Virus record (IMG/VR): IMGVR_UViG_3300025759_009745
DNA from: an uncultured virus (IMG/VR IMGVR_UViG_3300025759_009745)
Lineage: Duplodnaviria; Heunggongvirae; Uroviricota; Caudoviricetes
Length of the DNA stretch: 64,000 nucleotides
Reading direction: 5' to 3' (one strand)
Part shown: in pieces, positions 10,169-19,567 of the stretch
Layout of the letters: every line of letters begins with the position of its first letter
Numbering within the stretch: the first letter of the stretch is position 1
The notes under the pieces: model-generated
Seen by the model: only the letters and a program-made list of their open reading frames with translations
What the model was told of the DNA's origin: nothing
Database searches by the model: none
Made by a program: the position numbers and the translations under genes

Positions 10169-11052
10169 AATTAGGTTTTACTGACATGTGGGGTTATGCT
10201 CAGTATGACTTCAATCCCTTGGATAATTATTTTACAGATCTATTTTCTCTAGACTACAGGGTACAAATAGATAACGAGAACCCAGATATACTATTATATT
10301 CTGTATTCGGCAAAAATCATAAAAAATACAGTTGTAAAAAGCTATTCATCTGCGGAGAAAACCTAAAGCACCAAAAGGGAGATATTGAGCATTATAACAA
10401 TAGCGATATTAACCTGTCTCAATACGACGAAGAAGAAAAAGATTTGTTCTTTCCTCTCTGGGTTCTTAGTGTAAACTGGTTTAACAAGCCACAACCAAGA
10501 CCGCTTCCTAGTAATCCTACTTATACGCTGTCAATAGATCAAATACAAAATAATAGAGAAAGATTTTTATCTGAAAGAAAGTTTTGCTCTTTTGTTAGCA
10601 ATAGAGAATACAAAAATAGAGTAGAAGTATTTAATGTTCTATCTAAAGTAGAAAGAATAGATAGCCTTGGGTCGTTGTTGAATAATGTGGGGGGAAGTCT
10701 AGGCGGCTCTCAGCAGGATAAAATAGAAAAAATGAAAGAGTATAAATTCAACATCGCATTCGAGAATAGTTATCATGATGGCTATATAACAGAAAAGATA
10801 TTAGAACCTTTTGGTGCGGGCTGTATACCTCTTTACTCAGGAGGAAGTAAAGTGAAAAAATACTTTAATAAGGATAGCTTTGTTTACAGAGAGGACTATA
10901 ATAGTATAGAAGAATACGTGAACAAAATTGTATCAATCCATAGCGACTCGCATCTTTATCAAAAAATGATCTTAGAAAAACCCATGTTAGATCAGTGTTT
11001 TGTAGATTTTGAACCAAAAACCATACTCAAGAGAATAATGAAAAAATTATGA
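10156..11052 (+). CDS. Alpha-1,3/1,4-fucosyltransferase (GT10)
   Basis: NPDILLYSVFG, GEN, RKFCSFVSN, YKFNIAFENSYHDGYITEKI..PFGAGCIPLY (GT10 signature). Confidence 0.92.
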   Translation: MEKIKLGFTDMWGYAQYDFNPLDNYFTDLFSLDYRVQIDNENPDILLYSVFGKNHKKYSCKKLFICGENLKHQKGDIEHYNNSDINLSQYDEEEKDLFFPLWVLSVNWFNKPQPRPLPSNPTYTLSIDQIQNNRERFLSERKFCSFVSNREYKNRVEVFNVLSKVERIDSLGSLLNNVGGSLGGSQQDKIEKMKEYKFNIAFENSYHDGYITEKILEPFGAGCIPLYSGGSKVKKYFNKDSFVYREDYNSIEEYVNKIVSIHSDSHLYQKMILEKPMLDQCFVDFEPKTILKRIMKKL

Positions 11053-11630
11053 GTTATTTTGTTTCTGAAAAATTTCCAAACGGCGTAAGTTTAATTCATA
11101 TACCCAAGACGGGAGGCTCTACGCTTGTAGAGCTTTTTAAAGATAGGCAAGGTTATTTCAATATAGGTCATCGCTCTGCCTATATGATTATGAAAGGTAT
11201 TGATAAACCGCCAAATTCTCCACAGAATTATAGTGAATTATTTAATAAATCCCACAAGATATCCGTGGTTAGAAATCCATATGAAAGAATTAGATCTTGG
11301 TTCTATTTTATGAAAAAGTATGAAGCCTTTATCCATAAGTATGTAAAAAACGGATTTCATCAATTCCTTCTTGATATAGATGCTGGCCTTAATCCAGAGG
11401 TTGCAGCTTGGACTCAAACCAAATACCTATATGTGAATGAAAAGCTAGCTGTTGACCAAATAATATCATTTGAAAAATTAAAAGAAGAATTCGAGAAAAC
11501 ATTTGAAGAAGAACTAATAGGCCATAAATGGAAAACAAATTCAGCAAATTACGAAATAGAAGAAAAAAGCAAAGAACTAATTAGAAAAATTTACAAAGAA
11601 GATTTTGTCAATTTCAAATACGAGGAATAA
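11049..11630 (+). CDS. Sulfotransferase family 2 protein
   Basis: IHIPKTGGST (5'-PSB), VRNPYERIRSW (3'-PB), IYKEDFVNFKY. Confidence 0.88.
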   Translation: MSYFVSEKFPNGVSLIHIPKTGGSTLVELFKDRQGYFNIGHRSAYMIMKGIDKPPNSPQNYSELFNKSHKISVVRNPYERIRSWFYFMKKYEAFIHKYVKNGFHQFLLDIDAGLNPEVAAWTQTKYLYVNEKLAVDQIISFEKLKEEFEKTFEEELIGHKWKTNSANYEIEEKSKELIRKIYKEDFVNFKYEE

Positions 11631-11632
11631 TA

Positions 11633-12292
11633 ATGGATGTTTACGAAAAATATAAGAATTACTACCCAGACGGCGTTGTAAGGCCACAGCCGGGAGATTT
11701 TGTTGAAAGATACTTTGGCGGTAAAGTCGGAGGTTTTTTCGTTGACGTTGGCGCATATGATGGTATAACTTGGTCGAACAGTATTAGTCTAGATGAGAAT
11801 TTTCATTGGAAGGGCATATGCATAGAACCGATCCCGTCTGTGTATGATTTACTTGTAAAAAATAGACCAAATTCCGAATGTATAAACGCTGCTGTTTCAG
11901 ACTGGAAAGAAGTTTCTGGTAAGATAAAGTTCTGGCACGTTACTGGATATGCAGAAATGCTTAGTGGTATAGAAGAAGAATATCACGAAGATCATATAGA
12001 AAGAATTAAGGGTGATATAGAGAAAATGGGAGGCTCTGTAAGCAAGATAGAAGTTGATAGCTTGAAACTTAGCGACATCATTAAAGAACCCGTTGACTAC
12101 TTATCTATTGACGTAGAAGGGGCAGAACTCACTGTTTTAAAAAGTCTAAACCTATCAAAAAACAGACCCAAGCTAATAAGTTTAGAAGATAATGGTTACA
12201 CTGATGACCCTATGGTATTTTTAGCGCAAAATAATTACAAGTTTTTAACAAGAGTATGTGGAGATATGTTTTATGAAGATAGCCTTTTATAG
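11633..12292 (+). CDS. FkbM family methyltransferase
   Basis: GFFVDVGAYDGITWSNS, WKGICIEP, VDYLSIDVEGAELTVL. Confidence 0.92.
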   Translation: MDVYEKYKNYYPDGVVRPQPGDFVERYFGGKVGGFFVDVGAYDGITWSNSISLDENFHWKGICIEPIPSVYDLLVKNRPNSECINAAVSDWKEVSGKIKFWHVTGYAEMLSGIEEEYHEDHIERIKGDIEKMGGSVSKIEVDSLKLSDIIKEPVDYLSIDVEGAELTVLKSLNLSKNRPKLISLEDNGYTDDPMVFLAQNNYKFLTRVCGDMFYEDSLL

Positions 12293-13235
12293 TACCCATT
12301 TATGCTTACATGGAACAACTGTAGCTGTTTATGATTACGCAAATTATAATGAGTCTATACTAGGTAATGAGTCTTTTGTTTTCTACTTAGAAGACGAACC
12401 AAGAAATAACGAAACAACAAAACAGAAATTTAAAAATAGATTTGGTAACAGGGTTATATCTGGTAGATCAATAGAGGATATAGATAGTAAATTAAAAGAC
12501 TTAAACATTGATGCTATTTACGTAATAAAGACTGGAAGAAAAGATGATGGTGTGATCTTTAAAAACTGCCCAATGCTTATAAACGCTGTAGGACTAGTTC
12601 CTCCGTCAGAATCACATGGAAAGGTTTTTGCATACAATTCTTATTGGGTAAGTCAGCACTGTTCTAATGGTTCTTTGCCCGCTGTTCCTCATATGATAGA
12701 CTTGCCAGAAGTAGAAGACGACCTAAGAAATGAATTAAATATACCGTCAAGCGCAATAGTTTTTGGTAGGAATGGGGGTACTTATAGTTGGAACATAAAT
12801 TTCGTAGAAAAATCAATATCAGAGGCGTTAAATCAAAGAGATGAAATTTTCTTTGTGTTCCAGAACACCCCAAGATTTTTAGAACATGAAAGAATTATAA
12901 ACATTCCCCCTACCGCCGACATGGAATACAAAGTTAAATTCATAAATACATGCGATGCCATGATACACGCCAGAAAAGAAGGAGAAAGTTTTGGTCTAAC
13001 GTGCGGAGAATTTTCAGTAAAAAATAAACCAGTTATTACGTGGGACGGTTCGGCAGAAAAGAATCACACTTTCATCTTGGGAGAAAAAGGTATATACTAT
13101 AAAGATCAGTCAGATTTGACTAAAATCTTTTTATCATTTAAACCGAATCCAAATAAAGACTGGAATGCTTACAAAGACTATAGTCCAGAAAAAATCATGA
13201 AAATATTTAACGAGGTGTATCTACAGAATGTATAA
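12273..13235 (+). CDS. Glycosyltransferase family 4-like
   Basis: MKIAFY start after RBS GGAG, GTTVAVYDYA, FINTCDAMIHARKEGESFGLTCGEF. Confidence 0.8.
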   Translation: MKIAFYSTHLCLHGTTVAVYDYANYNESILGNESFVFYLEDEPRNNETTKQKFKNRFGNRVISGRSIEDIDSKLKDLNIDAIYVIKTGRKDDGVIFKNCPMLINAVGLVPPSESHGKVFAYNSYWVSQHCSNGSLPAVPHMIDLPEVEDDLRNELNIPSSAIVFGRNGGTYSWNINFVEKSISEALNQRDEIFFVFQNTPRFLEHERIINIPPTADMEYKVKFINTCDAMIHARKEGESFGLTCGEFSVKNKPVITWDGSAEKNHTFILGEKGIYYKDQSDLTKIFLSFKPNPNKDWNAYKDYSPEKIMKIFNEVYLQNV

Positions 13236-13923
13236 TTTAATATTGACTGCGGCTGGTAAATATCAAAGGTTTCGTAGATTTAGCTACGAAATTCCAAAGT
13301 ATCTATTACCAGTTAAAAACAGAACCATGCTACATTATGTTTTAAAGGGTTTTTTTAGTAATAGGCACGCGAAGGTCACATTTGTTGGTAATAAACAAGA
13401 TATCAACTTCAACGGCGCTGTGAATGCAATACTTTCTGAACTTTGTAATAACTATCAGACATTGTGGGTAGATGACACCTCTGGTCAAGCAGAGACTTTG
13501 ATTAAGGCAACGGAAAACATGCATGGACCTTTTATTGTTCATAATGTTGATACAATTTTACTTGATAGGTATTGGCCCCCAGTCTTTCCGTATAATGATT
13601 GTGGTGTTGATGTTTTCAAATCTTCTAATAGAAATTATAGCTATGTTGATGTTGACAACAAGGGTTTTGTCTCTACAATAAAAGAAAAAACTGTTATTTC
13701 TGATAAAGCTTCCTCTGGTTGTTACCTCTTTAAAGACAGTAGTTTTAGAGATTACTTTGATGAATCGACTTTATACATTAGTCAAATAATAAACAAGATG
13801 ATTGAACACGGAAGAATTGTCGAAGCAGGCAGGGTTTATAACGAAAAAGACACAATCGTTATGGGAACGCCAGAAGAATACCTAATGAACATGGACTCAG
13901 ACAAACTAACAGAGGAAAGATGA
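13228..13923 (+). CDS. Sugar/cyclitol-phosphate nucleotidyltransferase
   Basis: ILTAAGKYQRF....PKYLLP, TSGQAET, IVHNVDT, IKEKTVISDKASSGCYLF, MGTPEEY. Confidence 0.85.
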   Translation: MYNLILTAAGKYQRFRRFSYEIPKYLLPVKNRTMLHYVLKGFFSNRHAKVTFVGNKQDINFNGAVNAILSELCNNYQTLWVDDTSGQAETLIKATENMHGPFIVHNVDTILLDRYWPPVFPYNDCGVDVFKSSNRNYSYVDVDNKGFVSTIKEKTVISDKASSGCYLFKDSSFRDYFDESTLYISQIINKMIEHGRIVEAGRVYNEKDTIVMGTPEEYLMNMDSDKLTEER

Positions 13924-14843
13924 AAGAAATTACCTTAAAGGGGGGATCTTTAGCTAGAACTTCAATAGTAGAACGTAATAATAAAAAAGTAGTTAGAAAG
14001 AGAATCTCTACACAAGAAGAAAGAGAGTATGGATACTGTAGGTGGTATTCACAGCTAAAAAAAATGCAGAGACTAGAAAATATGTTTACTTGGTACGGTA
14101 GACATAGCGCTTTGTTTCCATCAATATTAGACTATGGTTATGACGAAAGAGAAGAAATAGCCTACATGGATATTGAATACAGAGAAGATGCAATAAACTG
14201 CTATGAATATTTGATTAAACCTGACATGACAAAAAGCAAAGCACAAAATTTGCTTGAGAACATATTGGATGCTTGCGGTTGGCTACACTCACATATAGTC
14301 TCGCAAGTAAAACCAGAAAATGCCATGTCTCTGTATTTTCAAGAAGAAATAGTAGAGAAAATAAACGAAGCTAAATTGTTTGTAAATCCTGATATTCTTG
14401 ACAAATTAAGAGTGAAAGCAGATAAGGTATGGAAATCAGTCTACTACTCAGAATGCTTGACTCATGGTAACATGACTTTAGAAAATATTTTATATCTACA
14501 AGACTCTAATGAGGTAATGTTTATAGACCTTTATGAAGAAAATATTTTTGATTGCAAGCAAGCAGATTACTCACAGCTACTACAGTCTAGCAATTCTAAT
14601 TACGAATTAATGGTAGACGGCTTAAATTGCCAACCCACCCCAAAAGGTTTGATATACTTTAATGATTATTTACTATCTGCAATTGAAAGGGACTTAGATG
14701 TAGCAGACAGGGCGTTTGTAAAGTTTTTAGAGTGTTCTCAATTTTATAGAATGTTACCATTTAAGGTTAAGTCAAAAACAAATATAAAACCTTTTTTAGA
14801 TACAGCTAATAATCTCGCTAAGGAGTTTTTAGATGAATATTGA
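13920..14843 (+). CDS. Aminoglycoside/choline-kinase-fold phosphotransferase (small-molecule kinase)
   Basis: LKGGSLA Gly loop, VRKRI, MDIEY, THGNMTLENIL (Brenner-like motif, N at the usual D), MFIDLY. Confidence 0.75.
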   Translation: MKEITLKGGSLARTSIVERNNKKVVRKRISTQEEREYGYCRWYSQLKKMQRLENMFTWYGRHSALFPSILDYGYDEREEIAYMDIEYREDAINCYEYLIKPDMTKSKAQNLLENILDACGWLHSHIVSQVKPENAMSLYFQEEIVEKINEAKLFVNPDILDKLRVKADKVWKSVYYSECLTHGNMTLENILYLQDSNEVMFIDLYEENIFDCKQADYSQLLQSSNSNYELMVDGLNCQPTPKGLIYFNDYLLSAIERDLDVADRAFVKFLECSQFYRMLPFKVKSKTNIKPFLDTANNLAKEFLDEY

Positions 14844-15933
14844 CTACAATTCTAATCAATCAGTAAAAATGACAATGTGTATGTGTGAGAATATCTTTGA
14901 CACTAAAGATATTTTATCATACGGAGATTCTGACAGAAGGTTGGTTTTTGTAGATAAATTGTTTTATCAGTGTGGCGACTGGAAGAACAAGATTAACGAT
15001 TACTTCAATAATAATAATATAGAGGCTACAATAGTTCAGGTAGAATGCAAAGAAAAAACCAAGGACTTAGAAAGTCTCATGTTTATATTGGGGCACATGG
15101 AAAGATTTAATCTATTAAGAAGAAGTGAGCCTGTTATTGCTATTGGTGGTGGAGTATTAATGGATATGGTAGGATTTGCCTCTAGTATCTTTCGCCGTGG
15201 AGTGCCTTATATCAAAGTTCCTACCACTTTGCTGGGAATGATAGACGCAGGACTGGGAGCAAAAACTTCAATAAATCACTTTGACAGAAGAAACCGTTTA
15301 GGATCTTATTTTCCGGCCATATTAACCTGTATAGATCGTCAGTTTTTAAAAACTCTGCCAACGAAAGAGATAACGGTGGCTATAGGTGAATTAATAAAAA
15401 TAGCAGTAATAAAAAATGCGCATCTTTTTCACATGTTTGAAATTGATTTAGATCCTTTAATTAAGTCAAAATTTAACTGTAAATGCTCGTCGTATATTAT
15501 AAAAACGGCTATAACCTCGATGATGGAAGAACTAGAGCCAAATTTATGGGAAAAAGATCTAGAAAGAGTTGTAGATTTTGGTCACACATTCAGCCCTATC
15601 CCAGAGATGAAATCTTTGCTAGATAATAATGTTCCATCTCTGCATCACGGAGAGGCTGTAGCCTTAGATGTTCTTTTAAGTTCCAAAATCGCCGTGGGTA
15701 GAGGTCTATTAACGGTAGAAGATTACAATAAAATATTAAACGTCACTAAAAGGAGCGGTTTACAAGTGTGCCATCCATACTTTAAAGATCCTTATATACT
15801 ATGGGATTCTTTGCTGGATGCAACTAGACATAGGAATGGAAATCAAAATCTACCAGTCCCAATAAAGATTGGAGCTAGTACGTTCTTACAAGATGTAACT
15901 ATAGAAGAAATAAAAAGGGTAACAAAGTGGTAG
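14833..15933 (+). CDS. Sedoheptulose 7-phosphate cyclase, 2-epi-5-epi-valiolone synthase (EEVS) type (ValA/AcbC-like)
   Basis: DHQS fold: GGGVLMDMVGF, RRGVPYIKVPTTLLGMIDAG, GELIK, HGEAV. EEVS-type MMEELEPNLWE and RVVDFGHTFS motifs. Confidence 0.88.
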   Translation: MNIDYNSNQSVKMTMCMCENIFDTKDILSYGDSDRRLVFVDKLFYQCGDWKNKINDYFNNNNIEATIVQVECKEKTKDLESLMFILGHMERFNLLRRSEPVIAIGGGVLMDMVGFASSIFRRGVPYIKVPTTLLGMIDAGLGAKTSINHFDRRNRLGSYFPAILTCIDRQFLKTLPTKEITVAIGELIKIAVIKNAHLFHMFEIDLDPLIKSKFNCKCSSYIIKTAITSMMEELEPNLWEKDLERVVDFGHTFSPIPEMKSLLDNNVPSLHHGEAVALDVLLSSKIAVGRGLLTVEDYNKILNVTKRSGLQVCHPYFKDPYILWDSLLDATRHRNGNQNLPVPIKIGASTFLQDVTIEEIKRVTKW

Positions 15934-16559
15934 TAATAAGCGGAGCAAGTAGCGGAGTAGGATATGCGCTAGCAAAAATTATTAGCAAAGAAAAAGATGT
16001 GATTGGACTAGGACGTAGAGAAAAAATTGATCTACCAATACAATATCATTCTATTGACTACTGCGATAGCTACAGCTTTGATTTAATTAATCCAGAAGAA
16101 TTAGATGCTATCGTTCATTGTTCAGCACAATTCAAGATGGCGAAACTTGAAGATACCACCGGTGAAGAAATCAACGATATGATTAGTACAAATTTAACAA
16201 GCCTAATTAATTTTGTAAAACACTTTCAGCCAAGAATGAAAAAGAAAGGTAAAATCATACTTGTTTCATCTGTGTCTGGGCTTAGAGGGCAAAAACACCA
16301 GACTGTTTATTCAGCAACAAAACACGCAATTCAAGGATTTGCAGATTCATTAAGACAAGAAGTGTCTCAGTCTGTTACAACTATTTGCCCAGGAGGAATT
16401 AGTACACCTCTATGGAATAAGAAAAATCCTTATCCGGGTGAAGTTTCTAGATTACTTACCCCAGATGATGTTGCTAATATAATAAATGACGTTGTTAACT
16501 GTAAAATAAATGGAGTGTTTAAGAATATAACTGTTTACCCAGAAAACGAAAGCCATTAA
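15927..16559 (+). CDS. Short-chain dehydrogenase/reductase (SDR)
   Basis: ISGASSGVG, GKIILVSS, YSATK, ICPGGIST. Confidence 0.9.
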   Translation: MVVISGASSGVGYALAKIISKEKDVIGLGRREKIDLPIQYHSIDYCDSYSFDLINPEELDAIVHCSAQFKMAKLEDTTGEEINDMISTNLTSLINFVKHFQPRMKKKGKIILVSSVSGLRGQKHQTVYSATKHAIQGFADSLRQEVSQSVTTICPGGISTPLWNKKNPYPGEVSRLLTPDDVANIINDVVNCKINGVFKNITVYPENESH

Positions 16560-16561
16560 TA

Positions 16562-17284
16562 ATGAAAATCGCCGTCTCTATATATGGTCAACCAAGGAAT
16601 TTTGAAACAGGGTATGAGTATTTATCAAAAAGCTTAAAGGAGTATGACGTAGACTACTTTATCCACTCTTGGTTTGACCAATCAGAGGTGGGTAAAAACT
16701 TAATAATATACTCAGACAAGAAGGGTGTAGTCTCTGATGCCATTAAAGAGGGAACAAGGGAAAAAATACTTAAACTTTATAGGCCGAAAGATTATATCAT
16801 AGAAAAGCAAATTGAGTTCCCTGAAATCCCAGAGCTATTGAATAATCATGGAAGACCACCAGACGCAACAATTCCAACAAATATATTTCAGTCTATGCTT
16901 TATTCAAGAAAGACTAGCATTGATTTAATGTATCATTATCCAGTAAATTATGATATTTGCATAGCTACAAGAACAGACGTTGCTACAACAAAAAATTTTA
17001 TACCGGATATAATAGACGATAGTATCTATAGCGGATATTGCCGTGGTGATATTTGGCATAAGGAGGCTTTGACTTGCGGTATTATTGCTTCCACTCAGGA
17101 AAACATACATCACTACGGAAAACTTTACGACGAATACATGAACATATATGATTCTGGAGTTTCATACTGTGCCCACAGAATGGCTTTTGAGCATATGAAA
17201 AAACTAGAAAAGAGATTTAAGTTTATACTAAAAGATGATTGGTATTGGGTTAGGAAAAACGGTTTAGTGCCAGCTTTTTATTGA
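16562..17284 (+). CDS. Hypothetical protein, putative glycosyltransferase of polysaccharide loci
   Basis: MKIAVSIYGQPR, DYFIHSW, LYRPK, SMLYS, YDICIATRTD pattern; context. Confidence 0.5.
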   Translation: MKIAVSIYGQPRNFETGYEYLSKSLKEYDVDYFIHSWFDQSEVGKNLIIYSDKKGVVSDAIKEGTREKILKLYRPKDYIIEKQIEFPEIPELLNNHGRPPDATIPTNIFQSMLYSRKTSIDLMYHYPVNYDICIATRTDVATTKNFIPDIIDDSIYSGYCRGDIWHKEALTCGIIASTQENIHHYGKLYDEYMNIYDSGVSYCAHRMAFEHMKKLEKRFKFILKDDWYWVRKNGLVPAFY

Positions 17285-17291
17285 GGGGAAA

Positions 17292-18083
17292 ATGAACGAA
17301 CTAATTAAAAACGCAATAAATGATAGTAAGCCTAAAGCTTTTGGTAAGATGGGAAACGTAGAAGCTTCACATATTTTAACATACTTGAACAACACCCCGT
17401 CATTGATAGGTCAACAGTTATTTGTCAATGCTGGTATATATGCTGACTCATTAGACACTTTTGTTAGTTGGTGTCGTCATTACTTAAAGTCAGTCAAAAA
17501 CCTAGACTCTATATTACAGTGGTGCAATGAAGATAAATTAGTTCTATCTCAAATGGGGTATAAAGGTGACGTTCAAAATTCTTTTGAGGGCATAGAACCA
17601 TTCGTATTAGGTGAAGAAGGCTGGCATTATCAACTGAAAGACAAGACTGTGCTTTGTGTTTCACCTTTTCCAGATACAGTTCAAACTCAAGTAAGAAAAT
17701 TTAATAAAATATGGAACGGGGCAGAGATAGGCAATTTAATTACTGTTAAATCTCCATACTCAGAAGCTCTTACTGGAGAAAAACCAAAACCTTGGATAGA
17801 CAAACTTGACGATATGATTAGTCAAATTAATCATCTTGACTTTGACTTCGCGACAGTTGGTTGTGGAGGATTCTCCTTAATAATCTGTGACCATATAAAG
17901 AAATTAGGAAAACCGTGCGTTCACCTCGGAGGCGGTAATCAAATACTTTACGGAATTAGAGGTAAAAGATGGGACGAAGGATTTAAACACCATGAATGGT
18001 ATGGGACAAAAGAGTGGATAAGACCACTGCCCCATGAAACTCCACCTAGGAAATTTTATGTAGAAGGAGGATGTTATTGGTAA
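17292..18083 (+). CDS. Hypothetical protein of polysaccharide loci (possible GT-D-like)
   Basis: VLCVSPF, DFDFATVGCGG, CVHLGGGNQILYGIRGKRWD, VEGGCYW. Confidence 0.5.
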   Translation: MNELIKNAINDSKPKAFGKMGNVEASHILTYLNNTPSLIGQQLFVNAGIYADSLDTFVSWCRHYLKSVKNLDSILQWCNEDKLVLSQMGYKGDVQNSFEGIEPFVLGEEGWHYQLKDKTVLCVSPFPDTVQTQVRKFNKIWNGAEIGNLITVKSPYSEALTGEKPKPWIDKLDDMISQINHLDFDFATVGCGGFSLIICDHIKKLGKPCVHLGGGNQILYGIRGKRWDEGFKHHEWYGTKEWIRPLPHETPPRKFYVEGGCYW

Positions 18084-18099
18084 TTTTTTGAAAAAATAT

Positions 18100-18128
18100 T
18101 TGCCAAACTGTATTTCCTAAACTATAAT
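18100..18128 (+). promoter_or_regulatory. Sigma70-type promoter upstream of GDP-fucose synthase
   Basis: TTGCCA (18100-18105), 17-bp spacer, TATAAT (18123-18128), then RBS AAGGAGG. Confidence 0.75.
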
Positions 18129-18146
18129 AAGTAAGGAGGACTATAT

Positions 18147-19136
18147 ATGAAAATACTAATAACTGGCGGGTCTGGATTTCTTGGTAAGAATATTGTAAAA
18201 CATTTTAAACCAAAAAGAGATGAGGGTTGTATACACATTGATGATGACAGAGCGCATTATAGTGTAATGGCGTTATCTAGCAAATGTTATGATCTACGTA
18301 GCAGCTATGCCTGCAAAAAAGCAATAGAGTATTACAGGCCGGATGTAATTGTTCATGCCGCCGGTAGTGTAGGTGGAATCTTAGCAAATCAAGAAAATCC
18401 CGGCAAGTTTATGTATGAAAATCTTGCAATGGGAATGAACATGATTGAAGCAACTCGTTATTACCGTGACAAATACGCTCCACATGTAAAATTTATCATG
18501 CTAGGAACCGTCTGCGCATACCCCAAGTTTACACCCGTCCCGTTTAAGGAGTCTGAACTATGGAATGGCTACCCAGAAGAAACTAATGCTCCATACGGTA
18601 TCGCTAAAAAAACTTTGATGAAATTAGGCGAAACATATCATGAGCAATACGGGATGGATATTATTAATCTAATTCCTGTTAATATGTACGGTCCACATGA
18701 CCATTTTAATCTTACAAGTAGTCATGTCATACCCGCACTCATTTTGAAGTTCTACAACGCCATGAAGAACGGAGAAGAAAGAGTAAATATCTGGGGTACA
18801 GGTAATGCGTCAAGAGAATTTTTATATGCCGAAGATTGCGCTAGGGCAATTCATAGTGCTGCTTGGGCACAAAATGTTGGGCCAGAACCAATTAATATTG
18901 GTACGGGAAAAGAAATTACAATTAACAATCTAGTATATGAAATTGGCGACCTGATGGGCTACGAGGGCATTATAAATTGGGAGCTTGACAAACCTGACGG
19001 TCAACCCAGAAGATGCCTTGATACAACGAGAGCAAAAGAGAAACTAAATTTTACAGCTAAAACAGACCTACGAACAGGACTAAAACATACAATAGATTGG
19101 TTCTTAGACGATAATAACTGGGAGAAAGATAAATGA
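18147..19136 (+). CDS. fcl: GDP-L-fucose synthase
   Basis: ITGGSGFLG, HAAGSVGGILAN, GTVCAYPK, NAPYGIAKK, PVNMYGPHD, SHVIPALI, WGTGNASREFLY, PDGQPRRCLD. Confidence 0.95.
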   Translation: MKILITGGSGFLGKNIVKHFKPKRDEGCIHIDDDRAHYSVMALSSKCYDLRSSYACKKAIEYYRPDVIVHAAGSVGGILANQENPGKFMYENLAMGMNMIEATRYYRDKYAPHVKFIMLGTVCAYPKFTPVPFKESELWNGYPEETNAPYGIAKKTLMKLGETYHEQYGMDIINLIPVNMYGPHDHFNLTSSHVIPALILKFYNAMKNGEERVNIWGTGNASREFLYAEDCARAIHSAAWAQNVGPEPINIGTGKEITINNLVYEIGDLMGYEGIINWELDKPDGQPRRCLDTTRAKEKLNFTAKTDLRTGLKHTIDWFLDDNNWEKDK

Positions 19137-19567
19137 ATATAGCTTTTTATGTTGAAAGCATACAAGGAAAAGAAGGAAATTCAGAGATATTTGATATGCT
19201 AAATGATTCTCTAGAATCTAAAGAGATCAGTAATGGTTCAGTGTTTTACGACAACATAGAATATAATCCGGTAGAACCAAAGTTTGGAATGTTTAATGCC
19301 ACCGACCTTTGGTTTTTTACTGGGAGTCTGATAACAACCAGTTGGGAAACATATCTTTCTACCAAGAATGTAATAAACAAATTCACTCACCAATTCCTAT
19401 TTACTAAAAACAGTAAAGTTAATGTATTCTGTTTAAATGAGATAGCTGATAATGTCAGGATAATAACTACTAATAAAGAAGATTCAGACTATGTAAAGAG
19501 AGTGACGGGCAAACCAAGCGCCATGATAGATCAATTAAATATAAAATCTTTAAAGGAGGTTTTGTAA
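19133..19567 (+). CDS. Hypothetical protein (possibly a GT-B N-terminal-like fragment)
   Basis: 144-aa ORF coupled by overlaps; MNIAFYV start. Confidence 0.5.
   Translation: MNIAFYVESIQGKEGNSEIFDMLNDSLESKEISNGSVFYDNIEYNPVEPKFGMFNATDLWFFTGSLITTSWETYLSTKNVINKFTHQFLFTKNSKVNVFCLNEIADNVRIITTNKEDSDYVKRVTGKPSAMIDQLNIKSLKEVL

Noticed and set aside
14833..15933. Annotation as 3-dehydroquinate synthase (aroB), or as a sunscreen (mycosporine/gadusol) gene
   Set aside because: It has EEVS motifs rather than AroB or DDGS motifs. No shikimate genes, O-methyltransferase/ATP-grasp pair or MT-Ox partner is adjacent; the neighbours are a kinase, a nucleotidyltransferase and an SDR.
1..19567. Bacterial capsule or O-antigen locus next to a prophage
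   Set aside because: No export, polymerase or housekeeping genes, integrase or att-like boundary. Gene packing and style are continuous with the phage genes. A full-genome view is needed to exclude it completely.
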